From Nitrospirales bacterium (GTDB lineage Bacteria; Nitrospirota; Nitrospiria; Nitrospirales; UBA8639): a stretch of 64,000 nucleotides of DNA. The position numbers were made by a program, and so were the translations under genes. The notes under the pieces were generated by a model. It was not told where the DNA came from. It did not search any database and worked only from the letters and a program-made list of their open reading frames with translations. Location: contig OY729426.1 in the NCBI GenBank assembly GCA_963422365.1, forward strand, positions 192,001 through 256,000, given 5' to 3'. Shown piece after piece: positions 29,190 through 40,311 of the stretch. Position 1 is the stretch's first letter; each line of letters starts with the position of its first letter.

Positions 29190-30371
29190 TTAATGGACTG
29201 TCGCGAACACCGAATCAAAAAACGGACGATGTCGCAAGCCACGAAGCGTTGAGATGACAAGCCTTTTGTGTTGCATCAAAATTTTAAAGGTGGTGCCCAT
29301 CCCATGAGGTCGCAACAACTGGGCTGTGGCTTGGACCACTGTTGATTCTTGGTCACACCCCTGGACCAATTCATCGATCCCTACGCTCATCAAAAAATGC
29401 TGCAGATTCGTAAACCCCGTCGTGGTCAATCCGACCCGTTCGCCGGCATGAGCAAGACTTGAAAAATTCACATGTGCCGTCAAATCCTGTTCCCCGACAC
29501 GTGTATAGGGATTCGTCGACACTGTATGTCGGTGGTACCCCATCAAAGTCCCGTTCTTTCGTTCAGGCGCAAAATAATCCTGGGCCGTGTGGCCATAATC
29601 AATCGTGATCACAACTCCACGATCAAGCACCCTGGCGACCTGTTTGACCCACTCCACGGCTTCCAAGCTGATTTCCGTGGTAAACCCGCCCGGCAATTCC
29701 ACGCCCAGGTCGGATAAGAACGATGACAATTCAGGCGTCGACGGCTCTCCCCATTGTTCCTGCAATGCATGGTTCTGGCTGGCCACGTACAATTCCTGGA
29801 GACCGTCTTGCCCCATGCGAATTCTGTGGACTGGGAACGCATCCACTAATTCATTCGAGAGCAACACGCCAGTCAGGCTTCCATTCGAAACCGTCTGAAG
29901 CTCGTCAACCCATCGAATCAGCCCCTCTTGCTTATCCCAGACAGCCAGCGTTTCCCGTTGTCGACGGCGAAAGGCCGGACTGCGTTCGACCAGGATGCAG
30001 GACAAACGGTGAAAAAGTGAAGCCTGTTGCTCGTGACATTCTTGCAACATATCTCTGAACAACACCCCTTCTCCTGGTCCCATTTCCAGAAGATGAAAAA
30101 CAGGGGGATGGCCGAGTCGTTCATCGATCTCCGCAAGCTGACGGACCAGACACTTGGCCAACACAGGGGAAAGACACGGGACGGTAAAAAAATCGCTCCC
30201 CTCCCGACCAATAGGAAAAGCCGTGGCAGAAGACCGTCCCCCGCCCGTCATATAGTACCCATGCTCGTCGTCATAAAGGGCAAGTTCCATAAAACGCGCA
30301 AACGTCAGAGAGCCTGTTTCCTGAATGAGCCTGGTCATTTTCTGCATTAAAGAAAAATCCGGCGATTCCAT
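29190..30371 (-). CDS. MidA/NDUFAF7-family (DUF185) SAM-dependent methyltransferase
   Basis: FARFMELALY..GYY, DFFT, LEMGPGEG, SNELVDAFPV, IDYG, QDLTAHVNF. Confidence 0.9.
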   Translation of the reverse strand: MESPDFSLMQKMTRLIQETGSLTFARFMELALYDDEHGYYMTGGGRSSATAFPIGREGSDFFTVPCLSPVLAKCLVRQLAEIDERLGHPPVFHLLEMGPGEGVLFRDMLQECHEQQASLFHRLSCILVERSPAFRRRQRETLAVWDKQEGLIRWVDELQTVSNGSLTGVLLSNELVDAFPVHRIRMGQDGLQELYVASQNHALQEQWGEPSTPELSSFLSDLGVELPGGFTTEISLEAVEWVKQVARVLDRGVVITIDYGHTAQDYFAPERKNGTLMGYHRHTVSTNPYTRVGEQDLTAHVNFSSLAHAGERVGLTTTGFTNLQHFLMSVGIDELVQGCDQESTVVQATAQLLRPHGMGTTFKILMQHKRLVISTLRGLRHRPFFDSVFATVH

Positions 30372-31182
30372 TCCTCCTTACCAGTACCCCAATGTCCCTA
30401 TTCTCTTCGGCATAGCTCAGGGCAAGCAGGACAGGTATACCACTCAGTACAAATAGGCTTCATAGGCCAACAGACGCATGAGGGACATTTTTCATTTGCC
30501 GTCGAGAAAAGTTCGCGAGGGCTTCTCTGTGTCAAAGTTTTTTAGTGGGAAAATGATCCTTCCACCATCTTCCATTCGAAACATGCCGTACATGGTATAC
30601 GAGCCTCGACAGACCCAGGATCCCCCCGCAGCAGGAAATCTCAACGAGATAAGATTTGGGGCACTTTCCAGGCAGGTTGGGAGCAAGGTTTTGACATCGA
30701 TCAGGGGAAACCTTTGCCAAGATCGAACATTTACGAGATTCTCTCCCACGAGATTCTCTCCCGTCTGTGTCTGGATAAACATCCAAAATGGTCGAATCTC
30801 TAATCTATGCTCGGCGCAGGCAGGCCATGCTCTGTTCACGACCCCTGTTACACACACCTGTTTAACGAACACTGACCCCATAGGACCCAAGAGAATGCTC
30901 TCCATGGGCCAAAAGATCTATAAGTTAGCTATCCGTCAACTGTTAGTCAAGAAAAGTCTGGGGAATTCTATCGTTTAGTTGACAGGCCGTGAAACCGTTG
31001 CGGTCTTCCTCGTGAATGCACGACCTGACATTGATGGTTTTACGCAGTTTCATGGAGGTCACGGGCAGGATGAAACAACCTTTCAGGAATGTCATCGGAG
31101 CCGTCATCGGGGGGCACGCTTGCAGAGATCCTGCTTTTTTTAGCATTTCAGGTAGGGCTCATACGTGAAGAAATGGGGAGAA

Positions 31183-31709
31183 TTAGTCCAGTGCCGGACG
31201 GCGAATAGAACCAATTTGCCGCTTGGAGGATAGAGGAAGTTCTAAGAGCTTTTTGAGATAGTCATACAGGACCGTAATCTCTTCATCGTGTTTTCCCACC
31301 ATGCGAGCAAGGGCCTTGTTAGTCACCAGCACTTCACGCATGCGGATAAATGTCCGAATTATCCCGATATTCACCGCTACCGCTCTTTCGCTATGTAACA
31401 CTCTTGAAAGCATGGCCACGCCAGGTTCTGTAAAGGCCAGCGGCGCTTTTCTGAGACTCATTTTCATGGATGAATTGGATGTCGCAATTTGCGATTTCCA
31501 ATTTTCCATCTTTTTTTGGATAATTGAAACATGCAGTCGCTTGGAAGCGATTGATATTTCGTTTGACCTGCTCATTCAGTCACCCCGTGGGCGCACCATA
31601 CAATGCAGCCAAATCACGGTCGAGCATCACCTTCTGGCGACGACAGAATATACATACGGCTTGCAATCTGCTCGACTGGAATAATGGATTGTAACACTTT
31701 CTTTGGCAT
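31183..31709 (-). pseudogene. ORF6N-domain DNA-binding protein, frameshifted
   Basis: IPVEQIASR..KVMLDRDLAALYG..VKRNINRFPSD.MFQL across frames, then KSQIATSN..LRKAPLAFTEPGVAMLS.VLHSERAVAVNI. Confidence 0.85.
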
Positions 31710-31788
31710 GGACTGGGGCTGGAAGCGGTTCCCAAGTATCAAGCCAATCCCAGACCCTCTCAGGGGAGGAAGACTGACGTTTCGTCAC

Positions 31789-34512
31789 TCACGCCCCATG
31801 ACATTTTTTGTATTTTTTGCCGCTGCCACACGGACAGGGCTCGTTTCGGCCAACTTTTGCCTGAGCCCGTTGGACCGGCCGTGACACAGACTCACCGTCT
31901 CCACGGTTGAAGACCATTTGGGAGGGCAGAGCCGTTTCTTCTTCAATGGGAGGTCGTTCCCCTTTGACCACTTGGACTTTAAATAATCGCTCGAGTGAAT
32001 CGGACTTGATGCGGTCCATCATGGTGGCAAACATGTCAAACCCTTCTCGTTTATACTCTGCAAGCGGATCTTTCTGTCCATAGCCTCTGAGCCCAATGCC
32101 GTCTCGGAGTTGATCCATTCCGAGGAGGTGTTCCTTCCAATGATGATCAATGACCTGTAACACCAAGCTCCGTTCAAGTTGAGAGTGGATTGTAGAACCG
32201 ATTTGTTCTTCCCGTTCCCGTTGTCGTTGCGTAAAAAGTGTCTGGACGCGTTCACGCAATTCATCTCGCAGCCCATCCCGTCCCATTTCCGACATGCCTT
32301 CGATCGCCACGACTTCCGTGCCGAATTGCACGAGGGCCGCTTCACGCAACCCTTCCAGGTCCCAGGCTTCGGCATAGGCTTCTTCCGGACAGTAGGTATT
32401 GATTAAGGACTCCACAACGTCGACGAGCCAATCCTCCGCATCGGCTTCAATGGAATCTCCCGCAAGGACACCGGCTCGATGGGCATAGATAATTTCCCGC
32501 TGTTTATTCATGACATCATCATATTCAAGGATGTGTTTGCGGATCTCAAAATTATGGGCCTCGACTTTTTTCTGTGCGTTCTCAATGGACTTGCTGACCA
32601 TCCGATGTTCGATCGGCACGCCCTCTTCCATACCAAGTTTCAACATCAGATTGGAGACCCGTTCAGAAGCAAAAATACGCATCAAATCGTCTTCCAAGGA
32701 TAAGAAGAAGCGAGACGACCCCGGATCGCCTTGACGTCCGGACCGGCCTCGAAGCTGATTGTCGATCCGACGACTTTCATGCCGCTCGGTCCCGACGATA
32801 TGCAACCCGCCTGACGCCAGCACTTCCTCCTTTTCCGTTTCGCATTGCCGTGTAATTCTTTCAAATGCCGCTTGTTTTTGTTCGTCCGTCAGATCTTCGC
32901 CTCGATAAACCACCTGCTGCTTGTATAACGCGTCCGGGTTGCCACCCAAAATAATATCCGTTCCTCGACCGGCCATGTTGGTGGCCAACGTCACTGCGCC
33001 CTTTCCCCCTGCCTGTGAAATAATTTCCGCCTCTTTTTCATGAAACTTGGCATTCAGGACATGGTGTTTCACGCCTTTGTGTTTGAGAATTTTTGAGAGC
33101 CGCTCCGACTTTTCAATGGAAATCGTGCCGACCAGCACAGGTTGCCCCCGTTCATGGTATTCCATGACTTCTTGGGCAATGGCCTCGAATTTTTCTTTTT
33201 CCGTCCGATACACCACATCCGAATGATCTTGTCGAATCATCACACGATTGGTCGGAACGACATTGACATCCAGATTGTAGATTTTAGCAAACTCCGCCGC
33301 TTCCGTATCCGCCGTTCCGGTCATCCCTGCTAACTTTTCATACATCCGAAAATAGTTTTGAAACGTGATGGAAGCCAAGGTTTGATTTTCATTGGCAATT
33401 TTCACGCCCTCCTTAGCTTCGACCGCCTGGTGCAACCCATCACTCCACCGACGGCCCGGCATCAGTCGTCCCGTAAACTCGTCGACGATTTGGACTTCTC
33501 CGTCTTTGACAACGTAATCGACATCGCGTTTATAGATGGCATGAGCCTGTAAGCCTTTGATGACATGGTGAACGATATCAAGGTTTTTAGGGTCATACAG
33601 ATTCTCGCCTACCAACAGGCCATCCGCTGCCAGCATTTTTTCTGCACGGGCGTTACCTTCTTCCGTCAGCGCAACCGTCCTCGATTTTTCTTCAACGAGA
33701 TAGTCCCGTTCGGCACTGAGTCTGGGAATGAGACGATTGATCCGATTGTATAATTCAGTGCTTTGTTCGGCCGGACCGGAGATGATGAGCGGCGTTCGCG
33801 CTTCATCAATCAGGATACTGTCCACCTCATCCACAATCGCGTAAGACAACTCTCGTTGGACTCGTTGGCGAAGATCATTGATGACTAAATTATCCCGAAG
33901 GTAATCAAACCCGAATTCGTTATTGGTGCCATAGGTGATATCGGCACGATACGCTTCCGGCCTTGTACAAGGACGAAGATAATTGAAGCGTTTATCCACT
34001 GCCTCATACTCAGGATCAAACAGAAACGAGGATTCATGCTGAATCACACCAATCGTGCATCCCAACGCATGGTACACGGGGCCCATCCATTGCGTGTCAC
34101 GTTTCGCCAAGTAATCGTTCACCGTCACCAAATGCACGCCTTTCCCCGCCAACGCATTCAAGTACGTGGGAAGGGTGGCGACCAACGTTTTCCCTTCACC
34201 CGTCTTCATTTCCGAAATTTTTCCCGCGTGTAACACCATGCCTCCCACGAGTTGGACGTCAAAGTGGCGCATGCCTGTTTTTCGCAGGGCGGCCTCTCGA
34301 CACGCGGCAAAGGCTTCGGGGAGCAGTGCCTCCAACGTCTCTCCCGCATCAAGGCGCTTTTTGAAAATCTGAGTTTTATCCGTCAGGGCCTCATCCGAAA
34401 GAGACTGCAAGCCAAGCTCCAACTCGTTAATCCTGGACACAATCGGGTGAAGAGCCTTCAGCTCACGATCGTTTTTGCTTCCAAAAAGAAGATTCAGCAG
34501 TCTCAGAAACAT
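31789..34512 (-). CDS. secA: Preprotein translocase ATPase SecA
   Basis: [28 protein letters not shown]-terminal [18 protein letters not shown]. Confidence 0.99.
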   Translation of the reverse strand: MFLRLLNLLFGSKNDRELKALHPIVSRINELELGLQSLSDEALTDKTQIFKKRLDAGETLEALLPEAFAACREAALRKTGMRHFDVQLVGGMVLHAGKISEMKTGEGKTLVATLPTYLNALAGKGVHLVTVNDYLAKRDTQWMGPVYHALGCTIGVIQHESSFLFDPEYEAVDKRFNYLRPCTRPEAYRADITYGTNNEFGFDYLRDNLVINDLRQRVQRELSYAIVDEVDSILIDEARTPLIISGPAEQSTELYNRINRLIPRLSAERDYLVEEKSRTVALTEEGNARAEKMLAADGLLVGENLYDPKNLDIVHHVIKGLQAHAIYKRDVDYVVKDGEVQIVDEFTGRLMPGRRWSDGLHQAVEAKEGVKIANENQTLASITFQNYFRMYEKLAGMTGTADTEAAEFAKIYNLDVNVVPTNRVMIRQDHSDVVYRTEKEKFEAIAQEVMEYHERGQPVLVGTISIEKSERLSKILKHKGVKHHVLNAKFHEKEAEIISQAGGKGAVTLATNMAGRGTDIILGGNPDALYKQQVVYRGEDLTDEQKQAAFERITRQCETEKEEVLASGGLHIVGTERHESRRIDNQLRGRSGRQGDPGSSRFFLSLEDDLMRIFASERVSNLMLKLGMEEGVPIEHRMVSKSIENAQKKVEAHNFEIRKHILEYDDVMNKQREIIYAHRAGVLAGDSIEADAEDWLVDVVESLINTYCPEEAYAEAWDLEGLREAALVQFGTEVVAIEGMSEMGRDGLRDELRERVQTLFTQRQREREEQIGSTIHSQLERSLVLQVIDHHWKEHLLGMDQLRDGIGLRGYGQKDPLAEYKREGFDMFATMMDRIKSDSLERLFKVQVVKGERPPIEEETALPSQMVFNRGDGESVSRPVQRAQAKVGRNEPCPCGSGKKYKKCHGA

Positions 34513-34622
34513 GACCTGATCAAAACCGCTACAAGGGAAGATAAATTTTTCGGAGTTACCACCGACCTCTGTGGGTTAGTAATATACCTGAATGGTTTCG
34601 TGAAGCAACCAAATTGATATTT

Positions 34623-34727
34623 GGCTGCATAAAGATGCAGCCGCTACAGAACCCCTCTTGTAACGGCAACATCATATCACGCCCTATGTCACGCCCTTTT
34701 CCAGCAGCATAAGAGGCTGCGGCTACA
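34623..34727. repeat. GTAG-type REP-like palindromes (two degenerate copies)
   Basis: GGCTGCATAAAGATGCAGCCGCTACA and GCAGCATAAGAGGCTGCGGCTACA. Confidence 0.45.
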
Positions 34728-35029
34728 AAATATACGCGTGGGCTGAGAAGTAGCTAGACCATCTCATGGCACCCTCGGGAGCAGTTCCGGGGTTTCCATG
34801 CCCGCTTCACGGTTCCGCTACTACAGACCGCATCGGCTTTCGGGCTGGATGAGGGGACCGTTTTTTCAATCACCCGCCGGACGACTTGGCGTGCCATTGC
34901 CAGCATCATAGACAGGGAGAATACATTCAGAAACCGTCGGTACTCCGCACCCGAAGAAGTGCCATGCGATTCCAACCTGTCGGCTAGAAGATCAGGAAAT
35001 TTTACCAAATAGCTCAGTTTGGGCACCTT

Positions 35030-35241
35030 TGGAAACGATTCAACTGCACCTTCCAAGAAAACTTCGTGAACAGTCACGAGGAGTTGCTGTTTGACAACTT
35101 AGCCGGCTTCAACCGCACACTGGCCGAGTGGCTGATCGCCGATAACACCGTCCTGCCACACCATCGCCTCGGCCTGCCATCTCCGCCAAACCTCCTCCTC
35201 CGCCACTAACCCGAGTGCCAAAGCGGTGGCCCCCTACATAC
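35030..35241 (+). mobile_element. IS481-family transposase 3' remnant (copy 1)
   Basis: ERFNCTFQENFVNSHEELLFDNLAGFNRTLAEWLIADNTVLPHHRLGLPSP..PECQ, ending ..TACATAC. Confidence 0.7.
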
Positions 35242-35271
35242 CATTGACGGGCAGGGTCGTGAAGCAGTAGA

Positions 35272-35566
35272 ATGGAATTCATTACCACGCTCGTCTTCGA
35301 CACGCACAAGGCCATCAAGGCGCTCCAAGAAGCAGGAGCGAACGAGCCTCTAGCCGAAGCCATCGTCGCAACCGTCGGTGAGGCCATGGGCGGAAACGTG
35401 GCAACAAAGGCCGACATTACCGACGTAAAGGCCGAGTTGAGGGCCGATCTTGCTGCAAGACAAAGCCGAACTCGCAGGGTTGGAAGCCCGGTTTTACCGC
35501 CATTTATGGGTCATGGCAGCCAGCATCGTCGGCCTGACGGTCACGCTGGTGAAGCTGCTTCCCTGA
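35272..35566 (+). pseudogene. DUF1640/CCDC90-like coiled-coil membrane protein, frameshifted
   Basis: TLVFDTHKAIKALQEAG..AEAIV..VATKADI; shift near 35458 into KAELAGLEARFYRHLWVMAASIVGLTVTLVKLLP*. Confidence 0.75.
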
Positions 35567-35639
35567 GCGCACGCGTCGACACCAGTTGGCCAGTTTCGCG
35601 CCACCAGGGTTCGCTGACACAGCAAGCGCCAATCTTACA

Positions 35640-35940
35640 AGTATGACTCCACACGATGCCAACACCGCCTGACTGAGTGCGGCCAGACTCACTGTTGGAC
35701 CTATTCCAGATGCCTCGACGTGAATGCTTACGCCGAACGGTTCAACTACACGATCCAAGAAAATTTCATGGACGATCACGAGGCGTGGCTCTTTAGCAAC
35801 TGAACCGGCTTCCACCGCAACCCGGCAGAGTGGCTGATCGCTTCACAAACCGTCCTGCCCACCATCGCCACGGCCTGTCGTCTCCACTAAACGGCCCCAG
35901 CCACCACCAACCCGAAGGCCCAAGGTCGTGGCCACATACA
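35640..35940 (+). mobile_element. Internally deleted IS481-family element (copy 2)
   Basis: Starts AGTATGACTCC; encodes THCWTYSRC..NAYAERFNYTIQENF..AEWLIA; ends CCACATACA (TGT..ACA-type ends). Confidence 0.7.
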
Positions 35941-36167
35941 AGGGGGTTGATATTTCATTCTTCAGATGGTAGAGAACACCTTCTCTGCTTTCGTAAAACA
36001 ATCCCATATTTCGGGAAACTCTTCACGCAAATTCGCCACCTCCATGTCTTTTCTTCATTTCTCGAAGATCGAATCATTTGCTTCTCCACCTAGCAACCAC
36101 TGCCGAGAAAGGCCGCGAACCTTGAGGACTCCTCAAATCCTCGGTTGAAAACACAGGCACTCTCTCA

Positions 36168-36758
36168 ATGGCTTCCGTCTACCACAAATTTTTAGGCGTG
36201 ATTGTCGGATTTTTGATGGGATGTCTGTGCGCCACCCCATCAACCGGAGCACCAGACTTTTCGGACGAACCAATCGAAACCCTGGCGGTCATTGAAGTTC
36301 CTGCCACGGCCATCCTCGAAGAGAAACAACACCTCGTTATCCCCAAACCAGAACACGCGTATCTGCTGCCATTGCCGTTCAATGGCCTCATACCCGCCAC
36401 GATCACGAAAGCGATCACCGTCCCTCAAAACCCTCTTAAAAAAATCGTGCGAGACTCTACCGGGGACCGCAAAGGAGTTCGGAAACCAGTCAGACCAATC
36501 AAAGCCGAACGTCCCCCGTATCCGCAAGTTGCCCGCAAGCGAGGGTGGGAAGGGACGGTCGTGGTACGGCTCACCGTCAACAAAGAAGGATTCGCGGAAC
36601 GGATTACAACACAGAAAAGCTCGGGGTTCCCCAGCCTTGACGAGAGTGCCACGCAGGCTGTCAAAACATGGCGATTCGATCCGGCAAAGGATGGAGAGTT
36701 TCCCATTCCCGTCACGGTTGACCTGCCGATCAGATTCGACCTAGAGGAACAACAGTAA
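36168..36758 (+). CDS. tonB: Energy transducer TonB-family protein
   Basis: PPYPQVARKRGWEGTV..SSG..LDESA..WRFDPA. Confidence 0.85.
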   Translation: MASVYHKFLGVIVGFLMGCLCATPSTGAPDFSDEPIETLAVIEVPATAILEEKQHLVIPKPEHAYLLPLPFNGLIPATITKAITVPQNPLKKIVRDSTGDRKGVRKPVRPIKAERPPYPQVARKRGWEGTVVVRLTVNKEGFAERITTQKSSGFPSLDESATQAVKTWRFDPAKDGEFPIPVTVDLPIRFDLEEQQ

Positions 36759-37834
36759 TGCTGAACGGTAAAGGAGATATGATGAATAGCCGACAATGGC
36801 GCACTCTTCACATCGGAGTCTTGGTTCTTACGCTGTGTGGCAGTCTGTCCTTCACGAGTTGGGCAGATCAGGCGCAAACCTCCTATAACCAAGCCCTCAC
36901 CCACCTGCACCAACAAAAGTTCAAACAAGCCGCCGCGTCGCTGGAAGAGGCATTGCAGGTGTTTCCTCGTTTTGCGGCCGCGCATCATCTCCTTGGGGTG
37001 GTTTCCTTTAATGGCTTGCAGCAACCCAAAAAGGCGCTCACCCACCTGAAACAAGCCGTGGCCCTGCATCCCAATTTCGCGCGGGCGTATCTGGATTTGG
37101 GGTTGGTGTATCACCATCAGCGCAAGCTGGAGGACGCCAAACAAGCGATCCAACACGCCCTGGACATTTATCCGAATTTCCCCGAGGCGCAACTGAATTT
37201 GGCCTTTGTGTACGAGCAACTGGGGTCACGGGAGCAAGCAATCGAGGCCTATCATGCCGCACTGATCTTAAGTCCCCATGAACCCACTGCCCTGTATAAT
37301 CTTGCGACCCTCTATGACCGGCAGGGGGACACAGCCAAAGCCAAACAACAACTTGATGCCTTGACACATCTCACGCCCACGGATGCCAAGGCATGGGTGT
37401 TGCTGGCCCAACTGGCGGAGAAAGCCAATAATCCCGCACAGGCGATCGAATCCTACAAAAAGGCCCTCCAAACGAATCCGGATTTACTGGATGCCCATTA
37501 TGACTTAGGGTTTCTCTTGCAAGCGCAAGCCCACCCGCAGGACGCGGCAGCGCACTTCCGCGAAGTGCTGCGCCTCAACCCTAACCACGCCGAAGCGCAT
37601 CTCAATTTGGGCGTGCTCTTGGCGAATCTGAACCATCTCGACCAAGCCGAGCAAGAATATTTAGCCGCCTTGTCCTTGAACCCCAAATTGGTCGAGGGGC
37701 ATTACAACCTGGGGGTGTTTTATGAGTTCCATCGCAAGGATACGACGCGTGCCCTTAGTCACTACCGCAAATATGTCGACCTGGGCGGCCAAGACGAACG
37801 CGTGAGCAACTTGCTGAAGAAAACCGATTCATGA
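36758..37834 (+). CDS. Exported tetratricopeptide-repeat protein
   Basis: Signal peptide plus repeated AHxNLG..A..LNP units. Confidence 0.88.
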   Translation: MLNGKGDMMNSRQWRTLHIGVLVLTLCGSLSFTSWADQAQTSYNQALTHLHQQKFKQAAASLEEALQVFPRFAAAHHLLGVVSFNGLQQPKKALTHLKQAVALHPNFARAYLDLGLVYHHQRKLEDAKQAIQHALDIYPNFPEAQLNLAFVYEQLGSREQAIEAYHAALILSPHEPTALYNLATLYDRQGDTAKAKQQLDALTHLTPTDAKAWVLLAQLAEKANNPAQAIESYKKALQTNPDLLDAHYDLGFLLQAQAHPQDAAAHFREVLRLNPNHAEAHLNLGVLLANLNHLDQAEQEYLAALSLNPKLVEGHYNLGVFYEFHRKDTTRALSHYRKYVDLGGQDERVSNLLKKTDS

Positions 37835-38730
37835 GTCACGTTGTCTCTTTGTCCATGGCTCAGCATGACTCGTCTTTTTGGGGATTCGGGGCTGGGTCTG
37901 TCATGCTGCACCTCGGCACCCTCGGGATATGCAGTCTTCTGTACGTCACGGCTCCCGTGGAAAAACCCAAGCATCTGGTGAACATCACGCTCCTGGAAAC
38001 ACCGGCACCTGTTTCAAAAGACATTCAGGCCGACGTTCCGCCCATGCGCCCCACTCAACAACCGGCCAAGCCTAGCCAACCGCTTAGGCCTGCGCCTCAA
38101 CAACTTCGTCTTCCCCCTGAACAGCACCAACTGACCAGGGTTCTCCCCGAATCGCGCACACCGCGCCAAGCTCGGCCCCCATTGACACGTCGTATTCTTC
38201 ACGACCAACGCGCCATTGACACCTTACGCCTCAACCATTTTACAAAAGTCGCAGCGCGCCGTACTCCCCATCCGGCGAGCACCAAGGTCCACACACCGGT
38301 ATTGGCTCTATCGGCAACGCCACCCATCATGCCCACGGGAATCTCGACGCCTCTGGCTCCCTCGACCCCTTCTGGAGAAACCTCGACGGAGGCGTTGCTC
38401 ACACAACCTAAACTGTTACGGTCGGCCCCTATGGAATCCAAAGGGCACTTAAAGTCAGGAGTGGGACTGGGCCACACTATTCCCCCGGTGTATCCCAGAG
38501 TTGCTCAAAAGGCTGGCTGGGAAGGAACCGTGACCGTTCGCGCGGTGGTACAACCGGATGGCCGACCAGACCCTGTCACCGTGCAAAAAAGCAGCGGGCA
38601 TACGATATTAGATGAAACTGCCGTGAAAGCGGTGAAAACATGGCAATTTCGGCCTGCCCGCGATGGGAACATCCCTGTTCGCAGCACCGTGGAGATTCCC
38701 ATTCGTTTTGATTTAAGACAACAAAGATAA
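37831..38730 (+). CDS. tonB: Energy transducer TonB
   Basis: TM with SVMLH, Pro-rich linker, YPRVAQKAGWEG..WQFRPA. Confidence 0.9.
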   Translation: MSHVVSLSMAQHDSSFWGFGAGSVMLHLGTLGICSLLYVTAPVEKPKHLVNITLLETPAPVSKDIQADVPPMRPTQQPAKPSQPLRPAPQQLRLPPEQHQLTRVLPESRTPRQARPPLTRRILHDQRAIDTLRLNHFTKVAARRTPHPASTKVHTPVLALSATPPIMPTGISTPLAPSTPSGETSTEALLTQPKLLRSAPMESKGHLKSGVGLGHTIPPVYPRVAQKAGWEGTVTVRAVVQPDGRPDPVTVQKSSGHTILDETAVKAVKTWQFRPARDGNIPVRSTVEIPIRFDLRQQR

Positions 38731-38760
38731 TTTCACATTCAACGAAGGATTGACTCCCAC

Positions 38761-39366
38761 ATGATAGATATTCTTATGGCGGGTGGATGGATGATGGTAC
38801 CGCTACTTGTCTGTTCGATCGTCGCCGTGGCCGTTGTTCTTGAGCGGAGCTGGTATTTTTACCAATTACCCGCGGCCAATAAGGCCGATGACATGCTAAA
38901 GTTGGTGACACAAGGGAAATTCAACGACGCACTGGCATTCCACGAACGTACCCCGCATCCCGTGCTTCGCGTCTTGGCGTCCGGCGTTCTCTCGCGCACC
39001 CGCGCGCCGGAGAAGGCCATGGAAGCGGCCGGCATTGCAGAAGTGACCGTCATGAAACGTGGCCTTGCCGGGTTAGACACCATCATTACGCTCGCTCCGT
39101 TACTGGGATTATTAGGCACCATTATCGGCATGATCGATTCATTTAGCATCATGGCCGATCAGGGCATTGGCCAACCGCACGCCGTCACGGGAGGCGTAGC
39201 AGAGGCGTTAATTTGCACAGCCACCGGCATCTTCGTTGCCGTGATTGCCTTGGTCCCCTACAACTATTTCCTCGCACGAATTGAACGGCTGACCGAACAC
39301 ATCGAACGCTACGCCACGCTCACCGAATCGGCCCTGCAAGAAACAGGGACCATCTTCTCTCCATGA
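38761..39366 (+). CDS. exbB: MotA/TolQ/ExbB proton channel
   Basis: APLLGLLGTIIGMI, GGVAEALICTATG. Confidence 0.92.
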   Translation: MIDILMAGGWMMVPLLVCSIVAVAVVLERSWYFYQLPAANKADDMLKLVTQGKFNDALAFHERTPHPVLRVLASGVLSRTRAPEKAMEAAGIAEVTVMKRGLAGLDTIITLAPLLGLLGTIIGMIDSFSIMADQGIGQPHAVTGGVAEALICTATGIFVAVIALVPYNYFLARIERLTEHIERYATLTESALQETGTIFSP

Positions 39367-39770
39367 AACTGCCTGCCGACACGAAGAAAAAAACCCGCAT
39401 TGAAATCATTCCCATGATCGACACCATGTTTTTCCTCTTGGTGTTTTTCATGATCGCCACGCTGTCCATGACCCTCCAACAAGGCATGCCGGTGAACTTG
39501 CCTACGGCCAGCACCGCGGCCGACGAGCTCCCCGACCAAGTCTCCCTCACGCTCACGAAAACAGGGGAGTTATTCTTTAACAAAGAACCGATTTCGGTCA
39601 TCGAACTGGAAACGCGTCTGCAACAGGTTCTGGAACAACAGGGCACCCCGGCGGTGATCATCAATGCCGATGAAGACGTCTTGCATGGTCGTGTGATAGA
39701 AGTCATGGATGCCGTGAGAAAAAGCGGCATTCCCAATATGGCGATTGCAACCAAACCGGAATCCCCATAG
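39363..39770 (+). CDS. exbD: Biopolymer transporter ExbD
   Basis: IEIIPMIDTMFFLLVFFM. Confidence 0.92.
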   Translation: MKLPADTKKKTRIEIIPMIDTMFFLLVFFMIATLSMTLQQGMPVNLPTASTAADELPDQVSLTLTKTGELFFNKEPISVIELETRLQQVLEQQGTPAVIINADEDVLHGRVIEVMDAVRKSGIPNMAIATKPESP

Positions 39771-39859
39771 GGCCCTCTCCGGCGCACCCCGCACCTTTTC
39801 CGAACAATGTTGTTTGCTCTTTGCTTGGCCAGAGGGAAGGTCTGATCTGATTAAAAAAA

Positions 39860-39935
39860 TGGTGGGTCGTACAGGGATCGAACCTGTGGCCCGCTGATTA
39901 AGAGTCAGCTGCTCTACCAGCTGAGCTAACGACCC
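39860..39935 (-). tRNA. tRNA-Lys(CTT)
   Basis: GGGTCGTTAGCTCAGCTGGTAGAGCA..CTGACT-CTT-AATCAG..GGTTCGATCC..CCA. Confidence 0.97.
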
Positions 39936-39967
39936 ACTCAAGAGGTAAGATGTCGCACATAATGGTA

Positions 39968-40043
39968 TGGCGCGCCTGGCAGGATTTGAACCTGCGGCAC
40001 CTGGCTCCGGAGGCCAGTGCTCTATCCACTGAGCTACAGGCGC
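39968..40043 (-). tRNA. tRNA-Arg(CCG)
   Basis: GCGCCTGTAGCTCAGTGGATAGAGCA..CTGGCCT-CCG-GAGCCAG..GTTCAAATC..CCA. Confidence 0.97.
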
Positions 40044-40311
40044 TTTCTCTTTCTCAACCCCGGTCAGTTCAAGACTGAAACGCCTAGAGCGACGCTACCA
40101 TCTTTGGATGACGGTTGTCTAGGGTAAGGCTCATGGCGCGTTTTCCGTTGGCCACATGAAGCATGGCCTTCTCTTGCTGTTGTAGGTCGGGGTAGCGAAA
40201 GCGTAACCCGACAGAACGGAATGGTTGGATTACGCTGCGATCCAACCTACATAGCTGGTTTCCCGATGACAAACGTCGGGAATGATAAGAGCTGACTCGA
40301 TCAACATCCCG

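Noticed and set aside
30478..30978. Overlapping 166-aa (+) and 137-aa (-) ORFs and a 15-bp tandem duplication (ACGAGATTCTCTCCC x2)
   Set aside because: No recognisable motifs or RBS; treated as intergenic or eroded DNA.
39860..40043. tRNA-anchored genomic island
   Set aside because: No duplicated tRNA 3' end or integrase was seen near either tRNA pair.
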